Counted from the stretch's first letter, positions 17,392-27,172 are shown. The stretch is DNA of 64,000 nucleotides from Candidatus Woesearchaeota archaeon (GCA_014729995.1 WJIZ01000041.1:10584-74583); one strand, 5' to 3'. Notes: generated by a model from the sequence alone, not told the origin. A program made the numbers and translations.

Positions 17392-19257
17392 TTACCCAAC
17401 CATCTCCATTATCTTCCTCTTTATGCTTTCCTTATCCAGCCCGGCATCTTTTCTTAGCAGCTCAACATCGCCGTGCTCTATAAACCTATCCGGAATGCCC
17501 ATTCTCTCAACAGGCACATTAATGTGGTTATCCTGCAGAAGCTCAAGTACAGCTGAGCCAAACCCGGCCATAAGGGCATTTTCCTCGATAGTAAGCACTT
17601 TGCCGCATCTCCCGGCCTGCTCAATTATTCTTTTCTTGTCAAGCGGCTTGGCAAATCTCGCATTGACAACGCAGCAGTCAATCTTGTCCAGTTCCCCTGC
17701 AGCTTCCAGCGCAGTTGTAACCAGGGGGCCTATGCAGATAACAGCGATATCCTTTCCTTTCCTCAGAATCTTTGCCTTTCCACTCTTCACAGGCTTTGGA
17801 TTTTCATAAATCTTTCTTCCTTCTGCGCATCCCCTGGGATACCTTATGGCAGCAGGCCCCTCAAGTCCAGCAGCAGTCTTCAGCATCCTTCCCAGCTCAT
17901 TCTCGTCCTTTGGAGCCATAACAGTAAGATTAGGAATATTCCTCAAGAAAGAGATATCAAAAGCGCCATGATGGGTAGCGCCGTCCTCCCCGACCAATCC
18001 TGCCCTGTCAACAGCAAACACTACAGGAAGGTTCTGCAGGCATACATCATGTATTACCTGGTCATAGGCTCGCTGCAGGAAAGTTGAATATACAGCTACT
18101 ACAGGTTTGAAGCCCTGTGCAGCTAATCCCGCAGCAAAAGTTACTGCATGCTGCTCAGCAATTCCCACATCAAAAAAACGGTTAGGAAATCTTTCGGCAA
18201 ACTTATCAAGCCCTGTGCCTGTTGACATGGCCGCGGTTATAGCCACGAGCTTATCATCCTTAGCAGCCAGCCTGACAAGCATCCTGGAAAATGCCTCAGT
18301 ATAGCTTATCGCGCCCGCACACTTTATCTTCTCGCCATTAGCGACATTGAAGCTGCCGATGCCGTGGAACTTTGTTTTCTGTTCTTCAGCATATTGGTAG
18401 CCTTTTCCTTTTTTTGTACGCACGTGCAGCAATACAGGCCCCTTTATATTCTTGATATTATTAAGCGACTGTATCAGTTTCCCTATATCATGGCCGTCTA
18501 TAGGCCCGTAATACTTGAATCCGAGCTGCTTAAAAAGCATTCCCGGGCTGAATACCGCTCTCAAGGTGTCTTCAAATCCCAATGCTTTCTCTGCTGCCTG
18601 CTCACCCAGGGGAAAGCCTTTAAGTATATTCTCGAACCTTTTCCTTGTTTCATTGTATCTTGGGTTGGCAATCAGCTCACGCACATAATTGGAAAGCCCG
18701 CCGACATTCCTGCTGATGCTCATATCATTATCATTCAGGATAACAATAATGTTGCTCTTCAGATGCCCCGCATTATTCAATCCCTCAAAAGCCTCTCCTC
18801 CTGTAAGCGCGCCGTCTCCGATTACCGCAACAGCCTTATAATCCTCCCCCTTTAAATCGCGCGCCTTTGCAATTCCCAGTGCAGCGGAAATCGATGTTGA
18901 GCTGTGGCCTGTTCCGAAAGCATCATGCTCGCTCTCATCAATTCTTGGAAATCCTGATATTCCTTTATGCTGCCTCAATGTCTTAAATTTTCCTTTCCTT
19001 CCTGTCAGCAGCTTATGCGCATAACTCTGATGCCCTACATCCCACACTATCTTATCCTTAGGAGAATCAAATACATAATGCAGGGCGATTGCAAGCTCAA
19101 CCGCCCCAAGGCTTGGTGCAAGATGCCCCCCGTTTTTGGAAACAACATTGATTATCTCATGCCTTATTTCCCTGGCCAGCATGCCAAGCTGCTGCTTATT
19201 CAGCACCCTTAAGTCTGAGGGCTGCTTAACCATGCCTAAAAAATTAGTCTTCATCAT
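17392..19257 (-). CDS. dxs: 1-deoxy-D-xylulose-5-phosphate synthase
   Basis: GGHLAPSLGAVELAIALHYVFDSP.DKIVWDVGHQSYAHKLLTGR with TPP and transketolase domains. Confidence 0.9.
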   Translation of the reverse strand: MMKTNFLGMVKQPSDLRVLNKQQLGMLAREIRHEIINVVSKNGGHLAPSLGAVELAIALHYVFDSPKDKIVWDVGHQSYAHKLLTGRKGKFKTLRQHKGISGFPRIDESEHDAFGTGHSSTSISAALGIAKARDLKGEDYKAVAVIGDGALTGGEAFEGLNNAGHLKSNIIVILNDNDMSISRNVGGLSNYVRELIANPRYNETRKRFENILKGFPLGEQAAEKALGFEDTLRAVFSPGMLFKQLGFKYYGPIDGHDIGKLIQSLNNIKNIKGPVLLHVRTKKGKGYQYAEEQKTKFHGIGSFNVANGEKIKCAGAISYTEAFSRMLVRLAAKDDKLVAITAAMSTGTGLDKFAERFPNRFFDVGIAEQHAVTFAAGLAAQGFKPVVAVYSTFLQRAYDQVIHDVCLQNLPVVFAVDRAGLVGEDGATHHGAFDISFLRNIPNLTVMAPKDENELGRMLKTAAGLEGPAAIRYPRGCAEGRKIYENPKPVKSGKAKILRKGKDIAVICIGPLVTTALEAAGELDKIDCCVVNARFAKPLDKKRIIEQAGRCGKVLTIEENALMAGFGSAVLELLQDNHINVPVERMGIPDRFIEHGDVELLRKDAGLDKESIKRKIMEMVG

Positions 19258-19296
19258 ACACCCCGTACAGCCAGATTGGAATATCTTTTATAAATC

Positions 19297-20004
19297 TTGC
19301 CTTCGAAAACAAAAATCATTTTAAATCATTATATCTATACTTTAGATATGGATGAAATAGATGAGAAAATAGAAGAGCAGCCTGAGCCATGGTGGAAAGG
19401 CCCTATTACATACATTTTAGCAGTATTGCTGATATTGATGCTTGTTGTCTGGTATTTTCCCAGCCAGGCAGTGAAAATTGATCCGGAGCCGGCATACATA
19501 CCTGCAATAGGTGAAGTAATGCCAAAAAACCTTTCACCAGACACAGCTGCTGTCTACTCAAGAAGAGATTATTTGAAGCTGATCAAGCCGAACAATCCAG
19601 CAATTAAGCAGACTGCAGATAAAATAGTGGCAAAAGCCTGCAATTCTAACAAGCTATGCCATGCCAAGGCAATCTATTATTTCATACAGCGGAACTTCAA
19701 CTATGTTTCAGATCCAGCCGAATTTGAATATGTTAAGTCAGCAGAGGAATCTTTATTAACACAGGCCGGTGACTGCGATGATGCAGCTGTCCTGGCTTCA
19801 AATCTTCTGCAGGCAGTAGGAATAAGGACAAGATTCATATTCATCCCCGGGCATGTTTATATACAGGCATATCTGCCCGAAGCGCCCAAGCGGTATAAAA
19901 CAGAAAACAACAACTATGTAAGCATGGATCTTACATGCAACAATTGCGCTTTCGGGGAATTGCCTTTCAATAGCTATACAGCCAGCAAACAGGTTATTGG
20001 CTAG
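19297..20004 (+). CDS. transglutaminase-like domain membrane protein
   Basis: TM segment followed by GDCDD papain-like/transglutaminase core. Confidence 0.55.
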   Translation: MPSKTKIILNHYIYTLDMDEIDEKIEEQPEPWWKGPITYILAVLLILMLVVWYFPSQAVKIDPEPAYIPAIGEVMPKNLSPDTAAVYSRRDYLKLIKPNNPAIKQTADKIVAKACNSNKLCHAKAIYYFIQRNFNYVSDPAEFEYVKSAEESLLTQAGDCDDAAVLASNLLQAVGIRTRFIFIPGHVYIQAYLPEAPKRYKTENNNYVSMDLTCNNCAFGELPFNSYTASKQVIG

Positions 20005-20025
20005 CTATGATATTGTCTGCCAATT

Positions 20026-21090
20026 TCAATACTTTGTGATTTTAATTTCCCCGTTCTTTATCGTCATGCAGATTTCCTGGTCTTCTTTTATCCTGGCAAG
20101 CTTGCTGGCAACTTCCGGCAGCAGTATCCTGTTTCCCCTCAGGTCAACATTTGTAATAACATCCTGGCCCTCCCCGACATTAATATCTTTCATTATGTCA
20201 ACTGCTTCCTTGCCCTTTAGCTTATCCATCCTTTCGCGGGTTTTATCCGCAAGGTATTTTGCTATCTTGTCAGCAACATCAATTTCTGTCGCTTCTATGA
20301 TTCCCTGCAGTCCGGGAGACACGTTTATTTCAATAACAACAGGCCCCTTGACGTCTTCCAGCATATCCACAGCGCATATGTCAGCTCCTACTGATTTGGC
20401 AGCTGCAACAGCAATCTTCTTAGCATAAGCATCAGGCAGGTATGCCTCTCCCCTGCCTCCCGCGTGTATGTTTGCTCTTTTTTCCCCCAGCTCTGCCTTT
20501 CTTTTCATCCCTGCTATAACCTTATCCCCCACGACTATCAGCCTTATGTCCACCCCGCCTGTTTCGACATATTCCTGTATAAGAAAAGGCTGCCTCAGCC
20601 TGTCCAGGGCATCCAGAATAGATGAAGCGGATGCAAAGCTGTCTGCAAACATAACCCCCTTTCCCTGGGTGCCGTGCGGGAATTTCATTATGATGGGATA
20701 GTTTGCTTTTTTCAGTATATTCCTGGCTGCAGTGATTGTTGACGTAATATAAGTTGTAGGCATAGGGATCCTGTTTTTCTGTATATCCAGCTGTGTATAG
20801 ATTTTATCATGGGCTATGCTGAAAGCCACGGGCTTTATCGGCATATATGCAGTGTCATAAAGACCTGAAGTAATCGTCCTAAGGAGCTGCTCATACCTGT
20901 GGGAGCCTTTAGCATATATGCAGTCATATTGCCCCATATCTTTTCCCTCGTACAATACTTTCATGCGCTGAGCCAGGCTGACTTCGATCTTCCTGAGGTC
21001 TAGCATGTCGACATGGCCGAAATAATTCTTCATTGCTTTCGCTAGCATTGCCGAGCTCTTGCTTCCTAGGGATATTATTGCAGCTTTCAT
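20026..21090 (-). CDS. RimK-family ATP-grasp ligase (alpha-L-glutamate ligase-like) with C-terminal extension
   Basis: ATP-grasp motifs (PIIMKFPHGTQGKGV, EYVE.GG.DIRLIVVGDKV, HAGG). Stop overlaps the next gene. Confidence 0.75.
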   Translation of the reverse strand: MKAAIISLGSKSSAMLAKAMKNYFGHVDMLDLRKIEVSLAQRMKVLYEGKDMGQYDCIYAKGSHRYEQLLRTITSGLYDTAYMPIKPVAFSIAHDKIYTQLDIQKNRIPMPTTYITSTITAARNILKKANYPIIMKFPHGTQGKGVMFADSFASASSILDALDRLRQPFLIQEYVETGGVDIRLIVVGDKVIAGMKRKAELGEKRANIHAGGRGEAYLPDAYAKKIAVAAAKSVGADICAVDMLEDVKGPVVIEINVSPGLQGIIEATEIDVADKIAKYLADKTRERMDKLKGKEAVDIMKDINVGEGQDVITNVDLRGNRILLPEVASKLARIKEDQEICMTIKNGEIKITKY

Positions 21091-21491
21091 TCTTTCGAAG
21101 GGTCAATCAAGAACCCTTTTTTTAATATATTTTGCCCTATAAGCGCCTCATACTTCATGTGCGTCCTCTCTGCCAGGGTAAACTCCGCTTTCAGCCTTTT
21201 CATGGATATCTTAATTTCACACTCGATCACCGGCCTTATCTTGTTTCCATGCGCTGACTTGACCATTCTGCTTCTTATAATAGGCCCAAGATGAAGTTTA
21301 GATGCTAAATTCAAGTCAATCGAGCTTTTTGTTGCCCCTGTGTCGATCCTCGCCTTTATCTTCTTTTGTTTTTTCTTTCCGCAAATTGTTATATATTCTG
21401 TCAGGCCGATGATGTTTTTATCCTTCAATTTAGCAAAAGAATGGGTTTTTTGTTTATAAAGATTGTGAAATGATTTGGATTTCAAAAGCAA
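21087..21491 (-). CDS. RimK-associated retropepsin-like aspartic protease (formerly 'ATP-dependent zinc protease' family)
   Basis: 134 aa. ARIDTGATKSSID aspartyl-protease-like motif. Conserved pairing with RimK. Confidence 0.6.
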   Translation of the reverse strand: MLLKSKSFHNLYKQKTHSFAKLKDKNIIGLTEYITICGKKKQKKIKARIDTGATKSSIDLNLASKLHLGPIIRSRMVKSAHGNKIRPVIECEIKISMKRLKAEFTLAERTHMKYEALIGQNILKKGFLIDPSKE

Positions 21492-21523
21492 ATATTATAA
21501 AACTTTAGGAATTAGCTTTTTTC

Positions 21524-22192
21524 ATGCACATTGATAAAATCAAAAACTATATGCCCGAAAGATTATTTAAAATACTCTCAAAAGACATCACCGAATTAAG
21601 GCCCGCTCAGGAAAAAGCAATAGAAAATGGCCTTTTTGAGAATAAAAATCTGCTCATATGCACACCTACTGCTTCGGGCAAGACATTGATAGCAGAGCTG
21701 GCCTCAGTAAAGAATATCCTGGAAAACAGGGGGAAGGCCGTCTATGTTGTGCCTTTAAGGGCATTGGCAAATGAAAAATATAGGGAATTCAAAAAAAAAT
21801 ACGGAAAGCTGTTCAGGATAGCACTTTCCAGCGGAGACATAGATTCAGCGGATTCCTACCTTATTGACTATGATTTTATCTTTACTACTTCTGAAAAGCT
21901 TGATTCGCTGATAAGGCACCACAGCCCGTGGCTCAAATATGTAAAGACTGTCATAATTGATGAAATCCATTTGCTGAACGATCCCGGCCGCGGACCGACG
22001 TTAGAAATACTGATAACCATCTTGAGAAAACTGCTGCCCACTATGCAGCTTATAGCGCTCTCTGCCACCATAGGCAATCCCGAAGAATTGGCAGAATGGC
22101 TGGAAGCAGCTCTTGTTCTGGATGGGTGGAGGCCTGTAAAGCTGGAAGAAGGCGTATACCTTAATGGCCGGATAGAATTCCATGAAAGATAG
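21524..22192 (+). CDS. Hel308/Ski2-like helicase N-terminal RecA domain 1 only (truncated or split gene)
   Basis: PTASGKTLIAE (Walker A), DEIHLL (DExH) and SATIGNPEELAEWL. The frame ends at RIEFHER-stop after ~222 aa. The next gene is an unrelated DedA. Confidence 0.65.
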   Translation: MHIDKIKNYMPERLFKILSKDITELRPAQEKAIENGLFENKNLLICTPTASGKTLIAELASVKNILENRGKAVYVVPLRALANEKYREFKKKYGKLFRIALSSGDIDSADSYLIDYDFIFTTSEKLDSLIRHHSPWLKYVKTVIIDEIHLLNDPGRGPTLEILITILRKLLPTMQLIALSATIGNPEELAEWLEAALVLDGWRPVKLEEGVYLNGRIEFHER

Positions 22193-22227
22193 GAAAAAAT
22201 TATATATTACCAGATAAAAAAAGCTTT

Positions 22228-23124
22228 ATGTCCAAGGAATCCCGCAGGAAAAAGAAGGATTTCAATGCCTACAGGAAATACATACAGGAAGATATAAGAA
22301 AGCTAGTCTATAACTACAGGGATTTTCCTTTTTCATGGAAAAAAGACGAAAGCAGGATAGCTGACAAGGCAAGTGTGGAGGACGTTTCAGATACAGACGC
22401 AGAAGAGTTCATGATGCGCTTCTTTGGCCTGCACGTGCAAAAGTCAAAGCTCGGCAAGCTCCTGAAAATAATAATTTTTGCAACTATAATCTTCTACGTA
22501 TATAATAACTGGAACATAGTCCAAAGCCAGTTCACGATAATAATCGACAGCGTGCCTTTTATTAAAGATACAGTTAATTTCCTGATGGATGCATTAAATG
22601 CCAAGGCGCTTATCGGTATATTCCTCCTGTCTTTTTTTGTGAACCTTTTCTTCATCAGCTTCCCGGATGAGATTTATTTTGTCACATATTTGCTTGCAGG
22701 CCACGATCCTCTTATCTTAATACCTGTGATAACCGCAGGCGGCCTGTTGGGGCTGACAGTAGACTACATAATAGGAAAGTTTTTGGGAAGGGGAATATTA
22801 AAGAAATTAATGAAAGAAAAGTATTACAAGTATAAGTTCGCTTCAGACAAGTGGGGCGGCCCTTTGCTCTTTTTGGGAACTCTTGTTCCCTCACCCGTCC
22901 AGTGGTTTTCAGTAGCTCTTGGCTCTTTTAATTACGGCTACATAAGGTTTATATTCTTCTGCACTATAGGAAAACTGTCCAAGTATACAGGCATATTCTA
23001 CGGCATGAACTATTACACAACAACAGTCGACCCATTCATTAACCAGGCCATAAAGCCTACCTTAGAAAACATAAGGCAGTGCCTTAACGAGACAAATACA
23101 TCAGTTACATTTCTATCTGAGTAA
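22228..23124 (+). CDS. DedA/VTT-domain (SNARE-associated) membrane protein
   Basis: GHDPLILIPVITAGGLLGLTVDYIIGKFLGRGILKKL and multiple TM segments. Confidence 0.75.
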   Translation: MSKESRRKKKDFNAYRKYIQEDIRKLVYNYRDFPFSWKKDESRIADKASVEDVSDTDAEEFMMRFFGLHVQKSKLGKLLKIIIFATIIFYVYNNWNIVQSQFTIIIDSVPFIKDTVNFLMDALNAKALIGIFLLSFFVNLFFISFPDEIYFVTYLLAGHDPLILIPVITAGGLLGLTVDYIIGKFLGRGILKKLMKEKYYKYKFASDKWGGPLLFLGTLVPSPVQWFSVALGSFNYGYIRFIFFCTIGKLSKYTGIFYGMNYYTTTVDPFINQAIKPTLENIRQCLNETNTSVTFLSE

Positions 23125-23131
23125 AAAAAAA

Positions 23132-23761
23132 TCAAAAAATTCCTGTATTCATCGCTCCAAGCATCCCTGCCCCGGCAAAAACAGTTGCCATTGCTGCCAG
23201 CACTGCGAGGATAATTCCAACAATTATCATCGGAAGAAGCACTGCCAGAACAGCCTTTCCAGTTGTAAAGGCATTCACCTTTCTAACAATAATTATCAAA
23301 ACCACAATGCTCCAGATTCCTGCTGCAAAATTTATCAGCCAGCCAACTACCGGAATTATATTCAGTATGCTCAGCCATCCAAGTATCGACCCAAAAGCAA
23401 CCGGCGCAAATAGCTGCATATAGCCGGCTTTGCCTGAGAATATCTTAACAAACAAAAACACTATCCCTACCCCTATAAATGCTCCTATTATGCTGCCTAT
23501 GGGCGCACTTATTATAGAAGCAGCGCTTGCACTCCTGGCGATGCCCTGCATCATGCCCGGCAGCACACTTGAAACAGCGCTTGAAAAAATATAATTTGCT
23601 ATCCCGCTCAACAGGCCGCCTATAGCCAATATCAGCAGGCCCATCTTCCAAGCTTCAGTGTCTTTAGAAACCTCACTAATAGCCTTCTCATTTAATTTAA
23701 CAATCTCTATTGCCTTTTTCAAAGAACTTTGAAAGTCCATGTAAATCACCCCACGCATCAA
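23132..23761 (-). CDS. Yip1-like multi-pass membrane protein
   Basis: Cytoplasmic N-terminus followed by ~5 Gly/Ala-rich TM helices. Confidence 0.45.
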   Translation of the reverse strand: MMRGVIYMDFQSSLKKAIEIVKLNEKAISEVSKDTEAWKMGLLILAIGGLLSGIANYIFSSAVSSVLPGMMQGIARSASAASIISAPIGSIIGAFIGVGIVFLFVKIFSGKAGYMQLFAPVAFGSILGWLSILNIIPVVGWLINFAAGIWSIVVLIIIVRKVNAFTTGKAVLAVLLPMIIVGIILAVLAAMATVFAGAGMLGAMNTGIF

Positions 23762-23794
23762 ATAGGGGGCAAATGTATATAAATTTTTGCTTTT

Positions 23795-24988
23795 TTAGTC
23801 CCCCAATCCCAGACTTTTAATTATTTCATCTCTATCGAAGCTTTTTATATCATTGTAGTCCTGTCCTGTGCCCATGTAAAGCACAGGCTTCTTCGTGACA
23901 TAGCTGACAGAAATCGAAGCCCCTCCCTTTTCGTCTATGTCTGCCTTGGAAAGTATTATTCCGTCAAAGCCTATTGCATCGTTAAACTTAACAGCCTGCT
24001 CAATGCAGTCATTCCCGGTTATCGCTTCGCCCACAAAAATCTTCAAGTCGGGCTTAGCAACCCTTACTATCTTCTTCATCTCATCAATAAGGTTGGCGTT
24101 TGAATGGAGCCTGCCCGCGGTGTCTATGAGTACAGCATCAACACTCCTCGAACCTGCGTACTTGACAGCGTCAAAAGCAACAGCAGCAGGGTCAGAGCCG
24201 TAGTCGTGCTTAATCAGCTTCACTCCCAGGTTATCCGCGTGTATCTGCAGCTGGTCTATTGCAGCCGCTCTAAACGTGTCTGAGGCAGCCATGACCACTT
24301 TTTTATTTCTTGACAGGAGCATCTTGGCAAATTTTGCAATGGTGGTTGTCTTGCCTGAGCCGTTAACTCCAACAAAGCAGATTACATAAGGCTTCTTGTT
24401 TCTCATCCTCTCAAATATGTCTATGTTTTGTGAAGCAAGAATATCTTCTATGCTTTTCTTGAGCGACACTATTATGGTATCTTTGATTTTATTTTTTTTA
24501 ATGGGCTTGTCCACAATACCATCTTTAAGGTCTTGCTTAATCTTTTCAATCACTTCCATAGCCACGTTATTTTCCAGCAGCGCGATTTCCAGCTCAAAAA
24601 ACATCTCGTCAAATTTTTGCCTTTTTATTTTTCTGGTGGATACTTTTTCCTTTATCCTATCAAAAAATCCTTGTTTTGCAGTCTCTTCTTCCCAACTTTC
24701 ACTTTTTTCCTTTTCTGTTTGCTCCTCCCTCTCAGCTGGCTTCTCTTCTTTTTGTATCTCTGGCCATATTTTCCTGCTTTCCAAAGCTTCCTCTTCAGAA
24801 TTCACTTCCCTGTCCTGCTTTTTCTTAATCCATTTTTTAAAAAATCCTTCCTTTTCAGGCTCTTTCTCTTCCTGGGGTTCTTTCTTCACTGTATCTTCCT
24901 CTATTAGTATCTCTTCCCCTTTCTCTTCAACATCCCTGCTGAAAGCAGCAATTCCTTTTTTTAGCTTTTCTTTTAAGAATTTGAACAT
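23795..24988 (-). CDS. ftsY: signal recognition particle receptor FtsY
   Basis: SRP GTPase: VGVNGSGKTTT, DTAGR, plus an acidic/basic N-terminal domain. Confidence 0.9.
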   Translation of the reverse strand: MFKFLKEKLKKGIAAFSRDVEEKGEEILIEEDTVKKEPQEEKEPEKEGFFKKWIKKKQDREVNSEEEALESRKIWPEIQKEEKPAEREEQTEKEKSESWEEETAKQGFFDRIKEKVSTRKIKRQKFDEMFFELEIALLENNVAMEVIEKIKQDLKDGIVDKPIKKNKIKDTIIVSLKKSIEDILASQNIDIFERMRNKKPYVICFVGVNGSGKTTTIAKFAKMLLSRNKKVVMAASDTFRAAAIDQLQIHADNLGVKLIKHDYGSDPAAVAFDAVKYAGSRSVDAVLIDTAGRLHSNANLIDEMKKIVRVAKPDLKIFVGEAITGNDCIEQAVKFNDAIGFDGIILSKADIDEKGGASISVSYVTKKPVLYMGTGQDYNDIKSFDRDEIIKSLGLGD

Positions 24989-24989
24989 T

Positions 24990-25397
24990 TTAAGCCTTTG
25001 CTGCAGAACTCAATTCTTCTTCCAGCCCGGAAGCCCTGTTGGCCAGTTCCTTGATTTTTTCATCAATCTGGCTTCTTATGTGTTCCATTTCTTCCTTTTG
25101 CTTCTCTATCAGTTCTTTTGTAGCATCAATTGGCTTGTTCACGACGGTGCCCGTGCCCACATTTACCAGCAGATTATCGCTTTTTTTCAAAGCAGCTTTG
25201 CCGAATATGCCGTTGTTTAAAGGAAACAATATCTCGTCTCCTTCATTAAGCTCCTTGTATTCATCCAGGCTTTGCAGTGTAGCCATTATATCGGCCATCT
25301 GCTGCTCACTGGACTGAAGCTGCTGCTGCAGCTGCTGGATTTTTTGGCTTATCATCTGGTATTCCATGTATTTTTTCTGCAGCTCTTCCTGTTTCAT
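24990..25397 (-). CDS. pfdA: prefoldin alpha subunit
   Basis: Coiled coils flanking two beta-hairpin segments. Archaeal/eukaryal chaperone. Confidence 0.75.
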   Translation of the reverse strand: MKQEELQKKYMEYQMISQKIQQLQQQLQSSEQQMADIMATLQSLDEYKELNEGDEILFPLNNGIFGKAALKKSDNLLVNVGTGTVVNKPIDATKELIEKQKEEMEHIRSQIDEKIKELANRASGLEEELSSAAKA

Positions 25398-26359
25398 TCT
25401 ATCTTTATGCCTTCCTTCTTGCCTTCGACTATCACTCCCATCGGGGAGCCTTCGAATATACAGTCTATTAACTCTGCCAGAAATTTAGATAAAGAGACAG
25501 CTTTTATTTTTTCTGTTATCTTTTCCTTTGGCAGTTCTATGGTGTCAGTAATGATTATTTCCTTTATGTCTTTGTTTCCTAATTTTTCCACAGCATCTTT
25601 GGAAAATAGTGCGTGCGTAGCGCAGATGTAGACATCCTTAGCGCCCCTCTTAGCCAATTCTGAAGCAGCGTTCGATATCGTTCCTGCTGTATCTATTATG
25701 TCATCTATGAGTATAGCTGTCTTTCCCTTGACCTCGCCTATGAGGTTCATGATTTCCGATTTGCCGTGTTCTGTTCTTCTCTTGTCAATTATTGCCATGT
25801 CCACACCGAGCAATTCTGCAAAGCGCCTTGCTCTCTTGGCTCCGCCTACGTCAGGAGAGACGATTATAGCATTTTTCAGCTTTTTCTCGATGATGGGCCT
25901 TGCTAGGATAGGCATAGCCCCGAGATTATCTACAGGAATGTTAAAGAAACCCTGTATCTGGTCCACATGAAGGTCAAATGTCACCACTCTGTTTACGCCT
26001 GCAGACTCCAGCAGGTTAGCTGCCAGTTTCGCGGTTATGGGCTCCCTGCTTGTAGATTTTCTATCCTGCCTTGCATAGCCGAAATAAGGGATGACTGCTG
26101 TTATTTCCTTTGCAGACGCCCTTTTTAACGCATCTACTGTTATCAATAATTCCATCAGGCTGTCATTCACCGGCGGGGAAGTGGACTGTATAACAAACAC
26201 ATGAGACCCCCTTACGGACTTATTAATCCTGATGTATGTTTCGCCGTCATTGAAGCTTTTTACATTTATGGGGGTTAATTCTTCATTTAAGTGGGTAGCA
26301 ACCTTTTCTCCGAGTTTTTTGCTGGCAGTTCCCACCAGTAAGGTAAGGTGTCTCTTCAT
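25394..26359 (-). CDS. prs: ribose-phosphate pyrophosphokinase
   Basis: PRPP synthetase motifs DLH..Q..GFF and the PRPP-binding loop DDIIDTAGT. Confidence 0.9.
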   Translation of the reverse strand: MKRHLTLLVGTASKKLGEKVATHLNEELTPINVKSFNDGETYIRINKSVRGSHVFVIQSTSPPVNDSLMELLITVDALKRASAKEITAVIPYFGYARQDRKSTSREPITAKLAANLLESAGVNRVVTFDLHVDQIQGFFNIPVDNLGAMPILARPIIEKKLKNAIIVSPDVGGAKRARRFAELLGVDMAIIDKRRTEHGKSEIMNLIGEVKGKTAILIDDIIDTAGTISNAASELAKRGAKDVYICATHALFSKDAVEKLGNKDIKEIIITDTIELPKEKITEKIKAVSLSKFLAELIDCIFEGSPMGVIVEGKKEGIKIE

Positions 26360-26395
26360 ATTTTTAAAGAATAAAAAGTGATTTATATAATTTTC

Positions 26396-27172
26396 TTAAG
26401 TATTGCCTAATTCCCTGTTAATTTCTATTCCCTGCTTCAGCATTATCTCAATCTCACCGAACTGCTGGTGCTGCTCAATATCTATTTTTCTCTGGTTAGT
26501 TAGGTGCAGCAGAGGTATAAAAGTGTATATCTTATCCTCTTTCAGGTCAGAGCCGACTAATCCTGAAAACGTAAGCCTTTTCTTTGAATTAGCATTGAAG
26601 AAGCCCCTTATCTTGGTGTATATCTCCCTGATTATCTCTGTAATGTCCTTCTTTTTGGCAGGCAGCGTCACGTCCATTGCAGGCATGTTTCTCAATACTC
26701 TCCTGTGCTTCACTTCCAGCGCCTTTTCCAGCGCATTGACCAGGTCATAGACCGATACTTTCCTTTTTCTCGGCTGTGGCGTTCTTGGTATTAATTCATT
26801 GTCTATATGCTCTGCCGAAGAGTATTCTTCATCCATATCTTCAAGCAAGTCATCCATTTCATCTTCTGCGGATGAGAATAAGCTGTCAAGGTTAGCTATA
26901 TCTTCAGTAAGCCATTTGGTGGATTTAATCTTAAGGAGCAGGGCAGCAGCCAGCAGTACCTTCCCGCTCACCCTGAAATCATGCTCTTTTAGCGATTTTA
27001 TCATCTCTATATACTTTTGGGTAAGCAGTGACACATCTACGTTCCAGGGATCCATCTGTTCAGAATTTATAAGGTCGTATATTATAGACTGCCATGTAAT
27101 CTGGTTCTTGTCAAGGATTATGTCCAGCACTTGCTCATGCCCTTCTTTTCCTGCCATCGTAAAACTATTCAT
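26396..27172 (-). CDS. scpA: segregation and condensation protein A (kleisin)
   Basis: MDPWNVDVSLLTQKYIEMIK and the C-terminal winged helix. Confidence 0.75.
   Translation of the reverse strand: MNSFTMAGKEGHEQVLDIILDKNQITWQSIIYDLINSEQMDPWNVDVSLLTQKYIEMIKSLKEHDFRVSGKVLLAAALLLKIKSTKWLTEDIANLDSLFSSAEDEMDDLLEDMDEEYSSAEHIDNELIPRTPQPRKRKVSVYDLVNALEKALEVKHRRVLRNMPAMDVTLPAKKKDITEIIREIYTKIRGFFNANSKKRLTFSGLVGSDLKEDKIYTFIPLLHLTNQRKIDIEQHQQFGEIEIMLKQGIEINRELGNT

Noticed and set aside
24396-25220. 274-aa Ser/Leu/Phe-rich ORF, plus 24533..24907, antisense to ftsY and pfdA
   Set aside because: Low-complexity antisense frames of A/G-rich coding sequence, with no start context.
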